From Coriobacteriaceae bacterium (GTDB lineage: Bacteria > Actinomycetota > Coriobacteriia > Coriobacteriales > Eggerthellaceae), in the NCBI GenBank assembly GCA_004555335.1, contig SFII01000001.1, forward strand, positions 5,411 to 69,410: a stretch of 64,000 nucleotides of DNA, given 5' to 3'. Numbering within the stretch: the first letter of the stretch is position 1; each line of letters begins with the position of its first letter. A program made the position numbers and the translations under genes. Below are positions 29,367 through 38,105 of the stretch, piece after piece. A model generated the notes under the pieces. It saw nothing but the letters and a program-made list of their open reading frames with translations, was not told the DNA's origin and did not search any database.

Positions 29367-30128
29367 ATGAAGCCGTTTGCAAGGAAGGGAATAACGGTAG
29401 GCGAGGGGATGCCGAAGACAATCGTCCCCATCATGCCCCGCGATCTGGACGCTGCCCTCGAAGCTGCGGATGATGCAGTGCGGGCCGGTGCGGATTGCGT
29501 CGAGCTCAGGCTCGATTTCTGCGACGAGGTGCGTGACGAGTGCGCGATGGCAAAGCTATGCGCCCGTCTTGCGGGGCACCTCGAGGGAACCCTGCTGTTG
29601 GTGACCTTCCGCTCGAAGGACCAAGGGGGCCAGGAAACGCTTCCCCCCGATGCCTACGAGTGCCTGATCGGTGCGGTGGCATCCGTCGGGGGCGTCGATA
29701 TGGTGGATGTGGAAATAGGCTTCGGCGACGAGGCTGTTTCCCGCATGTGCGCTCTCATCCGCGAAGCGGGGGCCGTCCCCGTGGTCTCCCATCACGATTT
29801 CCAGAAAACCCCCGAAGAGGGCGAATTGGAAGCGCTGCTCGCACGCATGGAACGCCTGGGCGCGGGCGTCTGCAAGTTCGCCGTCATGGCGGCGGATACC
29901 GCCGATGCCCTGCGCGTCATGCAGGCAACCGAGCGCTATTCCCGCATTTCCCAAGTGCCCCTGCTCACCATGGCGATGGGTCCGGCGGGTGGCGCGACCC
30001 GTGTGCTCGGAGAGCTTTTCGGCTCGAGCATGACCTTCTGCGCGCTCGGTCGGGCCTCGGCGCCCGGCCAGGTGCAGATCGGGCAGGCGCGTGCGCTCAT
30101 GCAGGGAATCCACGAGATTTCGCGGTAA
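29367..30128 (+). CDS. aroD: type I 3-dehydroquinate dehydratase
   Basis: VELRLDF, SHHDF and CKFAVMA (Schiff-base Lys context) are present. Start chosen at ATG 29367 after GGAGAGGGG; ATG 29352 is an alternative. Confidence 0.8.
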   Translation: MKPFARKGITVGEGMPKTIVPIMPRDLDAALEAADDAVRAGADCVELRLDFCDEVRDECAMAKLCARLAGHLEGTLLLVTFRSKDQGGQETLPPDAYECLIGAVASVGGVDMVDVEIGFGDEAVSRMCALIREAGAVPVVSHHDFQKTPEEGELEALLARMERLGAGVCKFAVMAADTADALRVMQATERYSRISQVPLLTMAMGPAGGATRVLGELFGSSMTFCALGRASAPGQVQIGQARALMQGIHEISR

Positions 30129-30189
30129 CGGCCCGTCTTAGGGCGGATGGGTTCCGTGCTTCGCGCGGGACGGCAGAGAAAGGGGTCTC

Positions 30190-30948
30190 ATGGAGGCAAG
30201 GGAGGCAAGGAAGCTGCTCGAGCAGGTTGCTTCGGGGGATGTGACCGTCGATCAGGCGCTTGCGCGCTTCCAGACCGCGCCCTTCAGCGATTTGGGTTAC
30301 GCGAAAGTCGACCATCATCGCGCCCTTGCCCAGGGAGTATCCGAGGTGATCTACGGCGAGGGCAAGACGGCAGGCCAGATCTTGGGGATATGCCGTTCCA
30401 TGGAATCCGCGGGCCAGAAGCGGGTGCTCATCACGCGCCTCGACAGCCAGAAGGCGCAAGCCCTTTCCCCAGACCTCGATCTGGAATACTTCGAGCTGCC
30501 CCGCGTGGGTCTGATCGGCGGCATGCCCCAACCGGACGGCGCGGGCTATGTGGCCGTCGCCTGCGCGGGGACGAGCGACCTTTATGCCGCGGAGGAGGCG
30601 GCGCTTACCGCCGAGGCCCTGGGAAGCCGGGTGCTCCGCCTCTATGACGTGGGCGTTGCCGGCATCCATAGGCTTCTGGCGCATTCGGACGAGATCGCGC
30701 GCGCCCGGGCGGTCGTCGCGGTTGCGGGCATGGAAGGCGCCCTGCCGAGCGTCGTTGCCGGTTTGGCTTCATGCCCGGTGATCGCCGTTCCCACGAGTGT
30801 GGGCTACGGGGCATCGTTCGGGGGCGTGGCTGCCCTGCTCGCGATGCTCAATTCCTGCGCAAGCGGGATTTCCGTGGTGAATATCGACAACGGATTCGGT
30901 GCGGGCTATCTTGCCTCGATGATCGATCATATCGGTGTCGTAGAATAG
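30190..30948 (+). CDS. larB: nickel-pincer cofactor biosynthesis protein LarB (AIR-carboxylase-like)
   Basis: The pattern LGYAKVDHHRA...GVSEVIYGEGK...VACAGTSD...VAGMEGALPSVVAGL...VIAVPTSVGYG is characteristic of LarB. Confidence 0.85.
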   Translation: MEAREARKLLEQVASGDVTVDQALARFQTAPFSDLGYAKVDHHRALAQGVSEVIYGEGKTAGQILGICRSMESAGQKRVLITRLDSQKAQALSPDLDLEYFELPRVGLIGGMPQPDGAGYVAVACAGTSDLYAAEEAALTAEALGSRVLRLYDVGVAGIHRLLAHSDEIARARAVVAVAGMEGALPSVVAGLASCPVIAVPTSVGYGASFGGVAALLAMLNSCASGISVVNIDNGFGAGYLASMIDHIGVVE

Positions 30949-30999
30949 ACCCGGTGTCGGGTGGTCTTCCCGGCATCTTGAAGGGAAGGGGCGACTTAC

Positions 31000-31575
31000 G
31001 TGAGCGGGCTTCATTTCGATTTCAGGGAAAGTGCCACGAGGGCATCGATCATCTCCCAGCTTGGAAAGCGCCTTGAAGAGCTCGGGATCGAGGATGATTC
31101 CGAAGAACGCGTGGCCCGCGCGGGCGTTCCCGCCGTGCATCATCATGATTACCGCGAGGTGCTTGCGACCATCGATGCCTTGGAGGGCGTGAGCGGAAAG
31201 GTCAGATCCGACATGCGCGGGATCTACGGGATCCTCTCGCGTGCCGAGGCGCAGGCGCATGGGGTTGCCGCAGGCCAAGAGCACTTCCACGAGGTGGGTA
31301 ACGCGGTGGGCATCGAAGGCGTGCTGCGGGTGTGCCTGATGATGGAGACGGCCCATCCGAGCCGCATCACGGCAACGCCCGTCCAGGTGGGGTTGGGGAC
31401 CGTGCGCTGCGCGCATGGCGAGCTTGCCATTCCCGCGCCCGCGACCGCGGCGATCCTTGCGCAGGGCATTCCCGTGCATCCCCTCCGCCTGGAAGGGGAG
31501 CTGTGCACCCCCAGCTCGGCGGCGATGATCCTGCATTTCGTGGATGGATTCGAGGAAGGGGCGACTTGTGGCTAG
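31000..31575 (+). CDS. LarC-like protein, N-terminal domain only (truncated and degenerate)
   Basis: GTG start after GAAGGGAAGGGG. It retains the HHH, AEAQAHG, HFHEVG, AHGELAIPAPAT and GELCTP patterns of the LarC N-domain. The N-terminal SGISGDM-type motif is absent, and so is the C-terminal half of a full-length LarC (my recollection is that full-length LarC is roughly twice this size). Confidence 0.6.
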   Translation: MSGLHFDFRESATRASIISQLGKRLEELGIEDDSEERVARAGVPAVHHHDYREVLATIDALEGVSGKVRSDMRGIYGILSRAEAQAHGVAAGQEHFHEVGNAVGIEGVLRVCLMMETAHPSRITATPVQVGLGTVRCAHGELAIPAPATAAILAQGIPVHPLRLEGELCTPSSAAMILHFVDGFEEGATCG

Positions 31576-32041
31576 GCGGAAGCGCGAAACGGGGGGAAGC
31601 GACGTCGCGCCCCGCAGAAGGGGTGTTCTGGCGACGGGGTTTTCCTGGCTGCTCGTCATCGCGTGGGCGGCTGTGATCTTCTCCATGTCGGCGCAGCAGT
31701 CGACGGGGCTTTCGTCCGGCTTCACCGGCCAGGTGCGGGAAGTCGCCGTGGGATTCCTCGCCTTGCTCGGCTTGGCTCCCGACAGCTTCTCAGTCATCTG
31801 CCATTTCGCGGAATACCTGGTGTTCGGCGCGCTGCTGGCGAATGCGTTCTCCTGCCGCCTCGGTTTGGGGAAGTCGTTTTTGCTCGCCCTTGCCTGCGCG
31901 AGCGTCTACGGTGCGGGCGACGAATTCCATCAGTATTTCGTTCCCACCAGGATGTGCGACCCCTTGGACTGGCTGACGGATACCCTCGGTGCCGCCCTGG
32001 GCTCGTTCGCCTGCGTGCTCGCGCTTCGAAGGCGTCGCTGA
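31544..32041 (+). CDS. VanZ family membrane protein
   Basis: WAAVIFSMSAQ...HFAEYLVFGALL...GAGDEFHQYFVPTRMCDPLDWLTDTLGAALG is VanZ-like. The start is ambiguous (ATG 31544 or GTG 31568). Confidence 0.8.
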   Translation: MDSRKGRLVARRKRETGGSDVAPRRRGVLATGFSWLLVIAWAAVIFSMSAQQSTGLSSGFTGQVREVAVGFLALLGLAPDSFSVICHFAEYLVFGALLANAFSCRLGLGKSFLLALACASVYGAGDEFHQYFVPTRMCDPLDWLTDTLGAALGSFACVLALRRRR

Positions 32042-32068
32042 TTCAGCCTGCGTCCTTGCGTGCTGCTT

Positions 32069-32079
32069 TGGTATCATTG
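32069..32079 (+). promoter_or_regulatory. candidate extended -10 promoter element TGGTATCATTG upstream of gatCAB
   Basis: An exact copy of an 11-mer also found at 37923 and 51920. It lies 39 nt upstream of the gatC ATG. Confidence 0.45.
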
Positions 32080-32117
32080 GCCCGTATGTGTAAAAACAAT
32101 CGCGAAGGTGAGCTTCA

Positions 32118-32426
32118 ATGACCCAGCATGTAAGCGAAAAAGACGTGCGCGCCATTGCAGAATACGCCCGCATCGGCCTGACCGACGAAGAGCTTCCTGC
32201 AATGACGGAAGACTTGAACGCTATCATCGAAAGCCTCAAGCCTATTACCGAGTACGACCTGGAGGGTGTCGAGCCCACATTCCATCCGGTCGGAGATCTT
32301 TCCAATGTGATGCGCGAAGACGTTGAGGGAACCAGCTTCACTCAGGAGGAAGCCCTCTCCAATGCGCCGAAGCAGCAGGACGGCAGCTTCCTGATCCCGT
32401 CCATCCTTGGTGGAGGTGAAGCATAA
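32118..32426 (+). CDS. gatC: Asp-tRNA(Asn)/Glu-tRNA(Gln) amidotransferase subunit C
   Basis: 102 aa. V..IA.YARIGLTDEEL...L..I is present, and the gene is followed by gatA and gatB. Confidence 0.93.
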   Translation: MTQHVSEKDVRAIAEYARIGLTDEELPAMTEDLNAIIESLKPITEYDLEGVEPTFHPVGDLSNVMREDVEGTSFTQEEALSNAPKQQDGSFLIPSILGGGEA

Positions 32427-33922
32427 TGGATTTCGCTTGCATGGGCGTCGACGCCATCCAGGTGGGCCTGCGCGCGGGCGACTTCTCCGCGACCGAGGTC
32501 GCGCAGTCGTCTTTGGACCGCATCGAGCGCATCGATGGCGCGGTGAACGCCTTTCTGGAGGTAACCCCCGAACTCGCTTTGGCGAAGGCCGCCGAAGTGG
32601 ATAAGGCCATCGCCGAAGGCAGCTTCGATCAGATGGGCCCCCTGGCGGGCGTGCCCGTTGCCTTCAAGGACAACATGAACCAGATCGGGACGCATACCAC
32701 CTGCGCTTCCCGCATGCTGGAGAATTACGTTTCCCCTTATACCGCAACCTGCGTCCAGAAGGTCATCGACGCCGGCGGCCTGCCCTTGGGCAAGCTGAAC
32801 ATGGACGAGTTCGCCTTCGGGTCCACTACCGAGACCAGCGCCTTCGGAACCACGAAGAATCCCTGGGGCCTGGATCGCGTTCCCGGCGGCAGCTCGGGCG
32901 GCAGCGCCGCTGCGGTTGCGGCCGGCTTGGCGACGGTGACCCTGGGAAGCGACACCGGCGGATCCATCCGCCAGCCTGCGAGCTTCTGCGGCGTCGTGGG
33001 CGTGAAGCCCACCTATGGAGCCGTGAGCCGCTATGGCGTCGTTGCCTTCGGCAGCTCGCTCGACCAGGTGGGTCCCTTCGCGCGCAACGTCCGCGATGCG
33101 GCGCTCACCCTGAACGCGCTCTGCGGCCGCGACCCGCTGGATTGTACCAGCCAGGCCTGCGATTTCGACTTCACCGCGAACCTGGACCAGGGCGTCGAGG
33201 GCATGAAGGTGGGCATCGTTCCCGCCTTCCTGGACGCCGAGGGCCTGGACCGCGAGGTGCGCAATGCCGTGATGGGCGCAGCCGACAAGCTGGCTTCCCT
33301 GGGGGCGGAAATCGTCGAGATCGAGCTTCCCAACGCCCAGGCCGCGATCAGCGCATATTATGTCCTCGCCCCCTGCGAGGCCTTCTCCAACCTGTCCAGG
33401 TTCGACTCGGTCCGTTACGGCTACTGCGACCCCGGCCATAAGGATCTGGGCGGCCAGTACGAGGCGAGCCGTGCCCAGGGCTTCGGAGTCGAGGCGCGCC
33501 GCCGTATCATGCTGGGCAGCTACCTGCTTTCCTCGGGCGTGTACGACAAGTACTACTATCCCGCGCAGCAGATCCGCACGCTGATCACCCAGGACTACCT
33601 GAATGCTTACCAGAAGGTGGATGTCATCCTGTCCCCCATCGCTCCCTCGGTGGCTTGGAAGTTCGGCGCCGTGTCCGATCCCACCAGCATGTACCTGGCG
33701 GATATGTTCACCATCTCCATCAACATCGCCGGCAACGGCGGCATGAACCTGCCTGTGGGGCTGGGCGAGGATTCCGGCATGCCCGTGGGCGTCCAGCTGA
33801 TCGCCCCGCCGTTCAAGGATGCGAACATGCTCCGTGCCGCTGCGGCTTTGGAGCGCGAATACCAGTGCGTCGGCGTTGCCCCCGATTTTGCGGGTGAGGC
33901 GGCCGTGAAGGACGGTGAATAG
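32426..33922 (+). CDS. gatA: Asp-tRNA(Asn)/Glu-tRNA(Gln) amidotransferase subunit A
   Basis: Amidase signature GGSSGGSAAAVAAGL...GSDTGGSIRQPASFCGVVG. The ATG overlaps the gatC stop. Confidence 0.97.
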   Translation: MDFACMGVDAIQVGLRAGDFSATEVAQSSLDRIERIDGAVNAFLEVTPELALAKAAEVDKAIAEGSFDQMGPLAGVPVAFKDNMNQIGTHTTCASRMLENYVSPYTATCVQKVIDAGGLPLGKLNMDEFAFGSTTETSAFGTTKNPWGLDRVPGGSSGGSAAAVAAGLATVTLGSDTGGSIRQPASFCGVVGVKPTYGAVSRYGVVAFGSSLDQVGPFARNVRDAALTLNALCGRDPLDCTSQACDFDFTANLDQGVEGMKVGIVPAFLDAEGLDREVRNAVMGAADKLASLGAEIVEIELPNAQAAISAYYVLAPCEAFSNLSRFDSVRYGYCDPGHKDLGGQYEASRAQGFGVEARRRIMLGSYLLSSGVYDKYYYPAQQIRTLITQDYLNAYQKVDVILSPIAPSVAWKFGAVSDPTSMYLADMFTISINIAGNGGMNLPVGLGEDSGMPVGVQLIAPPFKDANMLRAAAALEREYQCVGVAPDFAGEAAVKDGE

Positions 33923-33923
33923 C

Positions 33924-35492
33924 ATGAAGACCATGGAAGAGGTCCTGAAGGACTGGGAGGCGGTTATCGGCCTGGAGGTCCATTGCGAGCTGACCAAGCT
34001 GAACACCAAGATGTTCTGCGGATGCAAGCTGGAGTTCGGTGCAGAGCCCAACACCCACACCTGCCCGGTCTGCCTGGGCCTGCCGGGTGCCCTGCCCGTG
34101 CCCAACAAGGCGGCCATCGAGAATATCGTGCTCGCCGGCTTGGCAACTAACTGCGATATCGAAAAGCACACCATGTTCTATCGCAAGGGCTACATGTATC
34201 CCGACATGGCGAAGAACTTCCAGACCACGCAGGGCCCCAAGGCCTTCTGCATGAGGGGCTGGCTCGATTTGAACGTCGACGGCAAGGGCGCCTCCGAACG
34301 TCCCATCATGGCGCAGCTGGAAGAAGGGGAGTCCGCGGAAAACGTGACCCGTACCGCCGAAGGCTACACGGCACGCGTGGGCATCACCCGCATCCACATG
34401 GAAGAAGACGCCGGCAAGATGATCCACATGGGCGGCGGCGAGGGCCGCATCAGCGGCGCGACCCATTCGCTGGTCGACTACAACCGCGCGGGCACCCCGC
34501 TGATCGAGCTGGTCACCGAGCCCGACCTGCGCACCCCCGAAGAGGCGCGCCTGTTCATGCAGAAGCTCCGCCAGATCTTCCTTGCCCTGGGCATTTCCGA
34601 CTGCAGCATGGAAGAAGGCAGCCTGCGCGCGGACGGCAACATCTCGCTGCGCCGTCGCGGAACCACCCAGTTCGGCACCAAGACCGAGCTCAAGAACATC
34701 AACAGCTTCAAGAGCCTGCATGACGGCCTGGCATACGAGATCTGCCGTCAGGCGGAGGTTCTGGAAGAGGGCGGCATCATCTACCAGGAAACCCGCCATT
34801 GGGATCCTTCCGCGAAGCGCACCATCGTCATGCGCGTGAAGGAAACCGCGGACGACTACCGCATGTTCCCCGATCCCGACCTGGCCCCCTACGACCTGTC
34901 CGATGAATTCATCGAGGCAGTGCGTGCGAAGCTGCCCGAGCTTCCCGACCAGAAGGCCGCCCGCTTTACCGAAAGCTTCGGCCTTTCCGGATACGACTCC
35001 CGCCAGCTGGTGGAGAACATGGCGACTGCCGATTTCTTCGAGGCCTGCATGCAGGATGCTGACGCGAAGCTGGCAAAGCCCTTGGCGAACCTGATCAACA
35101 ACGACATCGCCGCGCTCATGAATGCCGATCAGGACTTCGATCTGGCGTCGTCTCCGCTCACCCCGGCGCGTGCGGTCGCGCTTGTCGACCTGGTTGCGAA
35201 GGATGCCATTTCCTCCAAGCAGGGCAAGGAAGTGTTCGCCGCGATCCTGGAAGAGGACAAGGATCCTGCTGCCATCGTTGAAGAGCGCGGCATGAAGCAG
35301 GTCAGCGACACCGGCGCCATCGAAGCGGTCGTCGACGAGGTGCTTGCAGCGAATCCCGATAAGGTCGAGCAGTACAAGGGCGGAAAGACCGGCCTGATCG
35401 GCTTCTTCGTCGGCCAGTGCATGAAGGCCATGAAGGGTCAGGGCAATCCCAAGCTCATCAACCAGATGCTTTCACAGAAGCTGGAAGGCTAA
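33924..35492 (+). CDS. gatB: Asp-tRNA(Asn)/Glu-tRNA(Gln) amidotransferase subunit B
   Basis: WEAVIGLEVHCEL, CPVCLGLPGALPV and VDYNRAGTPLIELVTEPD are present. The start could be GTG 33915, ATG 33924 or ATG 33933. Confidence 0.95.
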   Translation: MKTMEEVLKDWEAVIGLEVHCELTKLNTKMFCGCKLEFGAEPNTHTCPVCLGLPGALPVPNKAAIENIVLAGLATNCDIEKHTMFYRKGYMYPDMAKNFQTTQGPKAFCMRGWLDLNVDGKGASERPIMAQLEEGESAENVTRTAEGYTARVGITRIHMEEDAGKMIHMGGGEGRISGATHSLVDYNRAGTPLIELVTEPDLRTPEEARLFMQKLRQIFLALGISDCSMEEGSLRADGNISLRRRGTTQFGTKTELKNINSFKSLHDGLAYEICRQAEVLEEGGIIYQETRHWDPSAKRTIVMRVKETADDYRMFPDPDLAPYDLSDEFIEAVRAKLPELPDQKAARFTESFGLSGYDSRQLVENMATADFFEACMQDADAKLAKPLANLINNDIAALMNADQDFDLASSPLTPARAVALVDLVAKDAISSKQGKEVFAAILEEDKDPAAIVEERGMKQVSDTGAIEAVVDEVLAANPDKVEQYKGGKTGLIGFFVGQCMKAMKGQGNPKLINQMLSQKLEG

Positions 35493-35535
35493 CCCGAAAA
35501 GCTTTCCCTGCTCGCGGTACGCCCCGGGCAGGAGC

Positions 35536-35572
35536 AGGCAGGCCGCCGACAGGCGGCCTGCTTTGGCTATTT
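35536..35572 (+). terminator. rho-independent terminator after gatB
   Basis: Stem GCAGGCCGCC / GGCGGCCTGC with a GACA loop, followed by TTTGGCTATTT. Confidence 0.7.
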
Positions 35573-35649
35573 CGTGCGTTTTCGGCGCTTATGTCGGGCG
35601 CGTGATAGATTTAACGAATTGAGATTTTCGCGAGGTATCGCAACGCGGC

Positions 35650-36684
35650 ATGCAGAAGGAGGAGAGCTTGGCTGAAAAGGCGCCCATATTCGATTATTCC
35701 TCGGCGCGCGACAGCGCGGCGTCTCCTGCATCCCGCAACCAGGCCCGTGCCGTGGGCCAGGCGCCCGCAAGCGACCTCGCACCTTTGGACGCCCCGGGCA
35801 TTCCTGTGGGCAAACCCAGGCCCTCTGCAAGGCGTGCGGCCCAGGTGCGTTCCGCTTCCGCTGGGTCGTCTCGGCAGTCCAGCCTGAAAAGCGTCGCCAT
35901 GTCGCTTGAAAAACCCAATACTTCTGAAGCTTCGCCTGCTGCTGCCAAAGATCCGCGGGTGTCTTCGGATAGGCCCTCGGTTAAGCAGGCCGCTTCGCGG
36001 AAGGCGAAGAGCCCTTCCCAGAAGCGAAGCGACAAGAAGCGTGCAGCCAAAGGTGCGGACGATACCGCGCAGGACCTTGCGACGCGCGATCAGGGCGATG
36101 TGGAAGATCTTCCCGCAAGCGGCAAGAAGATGCGTGGGAAGGCTTCCCAAAGGAAGGGGAGGGCATCCAAGGGTGCCCGTTCGGGCAAGCGCAGGCCTTT
36201 CCGCAAACCCCAGTCTGCGGGAGACTTGGCTTCCCTCATCACCAACGGCATCCTCGATCTGGCCTCTGCGGCGGTCGAGTTCGTGAAGAAACCCCACAGC
36301 AAGGCCTTCTACAGGGGGCTTGTGGCGGTATTGGCGGTCGTGGTAGCCCTCATGTTCATCTATCCTTCGGCACGCGATTATTATGTCGCCCTCCGCAACA
36401 ACGCGAAGAGCGAGGCCGAATATGCCGCTTTGCAGGAATACTACGACCAGCTGAAGGACGAGGTGGAAACGCTTAATTCCGACCAGGGCGTCGAAGATGC
36501 CGCTCGTGACGAATTCGGCATGGTCATGCCCGGCGATGTATCCCTGAATGTGAAGGATCTGGAATCAGAGGCCGACTTCGACAAGGATCCCACCGATATC
36601 GGCATCACCCCCGCGGGCAGCGTCGAGGCTCCCGAAGAATGGTACACGCCGTTCTGCGATTTCATTTTCGGTTACGACGGCTAG
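35650..36684 (+). CDS. septum formation initiator (FtsB/DivIC family) with a long disordered N-terminal region
   Basis: About 215 aa of Ala/Ser/Pro/Arg/Lys-rich low complexity, then a TM segment (LVAVLAVVVALMFIY), then a coiled-coil and DivIC-like region (YAALQEYYDQLKDEVETLNSDQGVEDAARDEFGMVMPGD). An alternative TTG start at 35668 follows AAGGAGGA. Confidence 0.75.
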   Translation: MQKEESLAEKAPIFDYSSARDSAASPASRNQARAVGQAPASDLAPLDAPGIPVGKPRPSARRAAQVRSASAGSSRQSSLKSVAMSLEKPNTSEASPAAAKDPRVSSDRPSVKQAASRKAKSPSQKRSDKKRAAKGADDTAQDLATRDQGDVEDLPASGKKMRGKASQRKGRASKGARSGKRRPFRKPQSAGDLASLITNGILDLASAAVEFVKKPHSKAFYRGLVAVLAVVVALMFIYPSARDYYVALRNNAKSEAEYAALQEYYDQLKDEVETLNSDQGVEDAARDEFGMVMPGDVSLNVKDLESEADFDKDPTDIGITPAGSVEAPEEWYTPFCDFIFGYDG

Positions 36685-36703
36685 GCGGGATACTGATCGT
36701 CCA

Positions 36704-36733
36704 AACGCCCTCTTCGCGGGGGCGTTTTGCTTT
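36704..36733 (+). terminator. rho-independent terminator after the FtsB-like gene
   Basis: Stem AACGCCC / GGGCGTT, followed by TTGCTTT. Confidence 0.6.
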
Positions 36734-36767
36734 GGATATGGATAGAAAGAACGCGAAAGGGGAATCC

Positions 36768-37697
36768 ATGAGGTTTGCCGCAATCGATATCGGAACCGTT
36801 ACCTGCCGCTTGCTTATTGCCGACGTATGCGAAGGCGAGCTGACCGAGCTTCATCGCAGTTGCGCGATCACGAACCTGGGGCAGGACGTCGATGCGAACG
36901 GATACCTGCTGGATAGTGCGATGCAACGCGTCGATTCCCAAATCGCCTGCTTCATGGAAACCATCGAAGCTTTCTCTGGTCCCGAAAATCCAGTCAAGAT
37001 AGTGGCGATGGCCACGTCTGCGAGCAGGGATGCCTCCAATTCCGCCGATTTCGTTGCGATGTTGGAACGCCGTGGGGTCTACCTTTCGGTCATCCCCGGG
37101 GAAAAGGAGGCTTCGCTCTCGTTTGCGGGCGCATCTTCTGATTTTGCAGGGGAGAATATCCTGGTCGCGGACGTGGGAGGCGGTTCGACCGAGCTCATTG
37201 CAGGCATCGGGGGCGGCGAACCCATTGCCAAGCACTCTTTCAATATCGGCTGCCGCCGCGTTACCGAGCGTTTCCTGAAAAGCGATCCGCCGACGGAAGG
37301 CCAGCTCGCCAGTGCCATCGGGTGGTTCGAGCCCCAGTTCCGCAGCTTCTTCGAAGAGCTTGGCGCCCAAGGCTTCCGTCCCGAACGCATCGTTGCGGTT
37401 GCAGGGACGGCAACGAGCATGATCTCCATCGACAAGGCCATGGAAACCTATGATTCCTCGCAGGTCCATGGGGCCCGGATGAGCGCAGAACGGCTCTCGG
37501 AGATATCCGGGGAGCTTGCGGCCTTGGATAACGTGCAGCGGTGCCAGGTCGTGGGGCTCCAATCCGGCCGCGCCCCCGTTATCGTTGCGGGCACTATCAT
37601 CCTGGGCAGCATCTTGGAATGCGCCGGTTTGGATTTCTTCACGGCAAGCGAGCATGATATCCTGCACGGCATGATCATGGATGCGGCACGGCGATAG
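36768..37697 (+). CDS. Ppx/GppA family phosphatase (exopolyphosphatase / pppGpp phosphohydrolase-like)
   Basis: MRFAAIDIGTVTCRLLIADV, DVGGGSTEL and VAVAGTATS are ASKHA-fold Ppx/GppA motifs. There is only about 310 aa, so no C-terminal HD domain. Confidence 0.85.
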   Translation: MRFAAIDIGTVTCRLLIADVCEGELTELHRSCAITNLGQDVDANGYLLDSAMQRVDSQIACFMETIEAFSGPENPVKIVAMATSASRDASNSADFVAMLERRGVYLSVIPGEKEASLSFAGASSDFAGENILVADVGGGSTELIAGIGGGEPIAKHSFNIGCRRVTERFLKSDPPTEGQLASAIGWFEPQFRSFFEELGAQGFRPERIVAVAGTATSMISIDKAMETYDSSQVHGARMSAERLSEISGELAALDNVQRCQVVGLQSGRAPVIVAGTIILGSILECAGLDFFTASEHDILHGMIMDAARR

Positions 37698-37922
37698 GCC
37701 TGTGCGGGAAACACGATCGATACAAGCAAGCTGCAAGCCGTGCTGACGGCGGGGCGGACCCTCCTGCGCGAACCCGCCCCACCAAGTGCCTCAAAAGAGA
37801 CCAGAAAAAGAAATACGCCCTGCTTCGTCACCCTGCATCCACCTATCCGTTTTCCATGCCGAATTCAAATAATTCAACTGTTGAGCTGGGCATATGCAAT
37901 TTCGTCATTCTTAGTGCTTGTT

Positions 37923-37933
37923 TGGTATCATTG
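37923..37933 (+). promoter_or_regulatory. candidate extended -10 promoter element TGGTATCATTG for tRNA-Leu
   Basis: TGnTATCAT ends 13 nt upstream of the mature tRNA 5' end. It is an exact copy of the 11-mer at 32069 and 51920. Confidence 0.5.
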
Positions 37934-37944
37934 TCATGGACTAT

Positions 37945-38029
37945 GGGAGCGTGGCGGAATTGGCAGACGCAGCGGACTTAAAATCCGCCGCCTTCGGGTA
38001 TGTGGGTTCGAACCCCACCGCTCCTACCA
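37945..38029 (+). tRNA. tRNA-Leu (anticodon UAA), CCA encoded
   Basis: 7-bp acceptor stem GGGAGCG / CGCTCCT. Anticodon stem GCGGA / TCCGC with loop CTTAAAA. Long variable arm, T-arm GGTTCGAACCC, and terminal ACCA. 85 nt in total. Confidence 0.93.
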
Positions 38030-38041
38030 ATCGCAATCAAG

Positions 38042-38078
38042 GGGCGGTCGGTGCGTGCATCGTGCCGCCCTCATGTTT
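38042..38078 (+). terminator. putative terminator hairpin after tRNA-Leu
   Basis: Outer stem GGGCGG / CCGCCC with internal pairing. The U-tail is weak (TCATGTTT). Confidence 0.4.
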
Positions 38079-38105
38079 GGATGACGGCCGAAAGGGTATC
38101 GGGTT

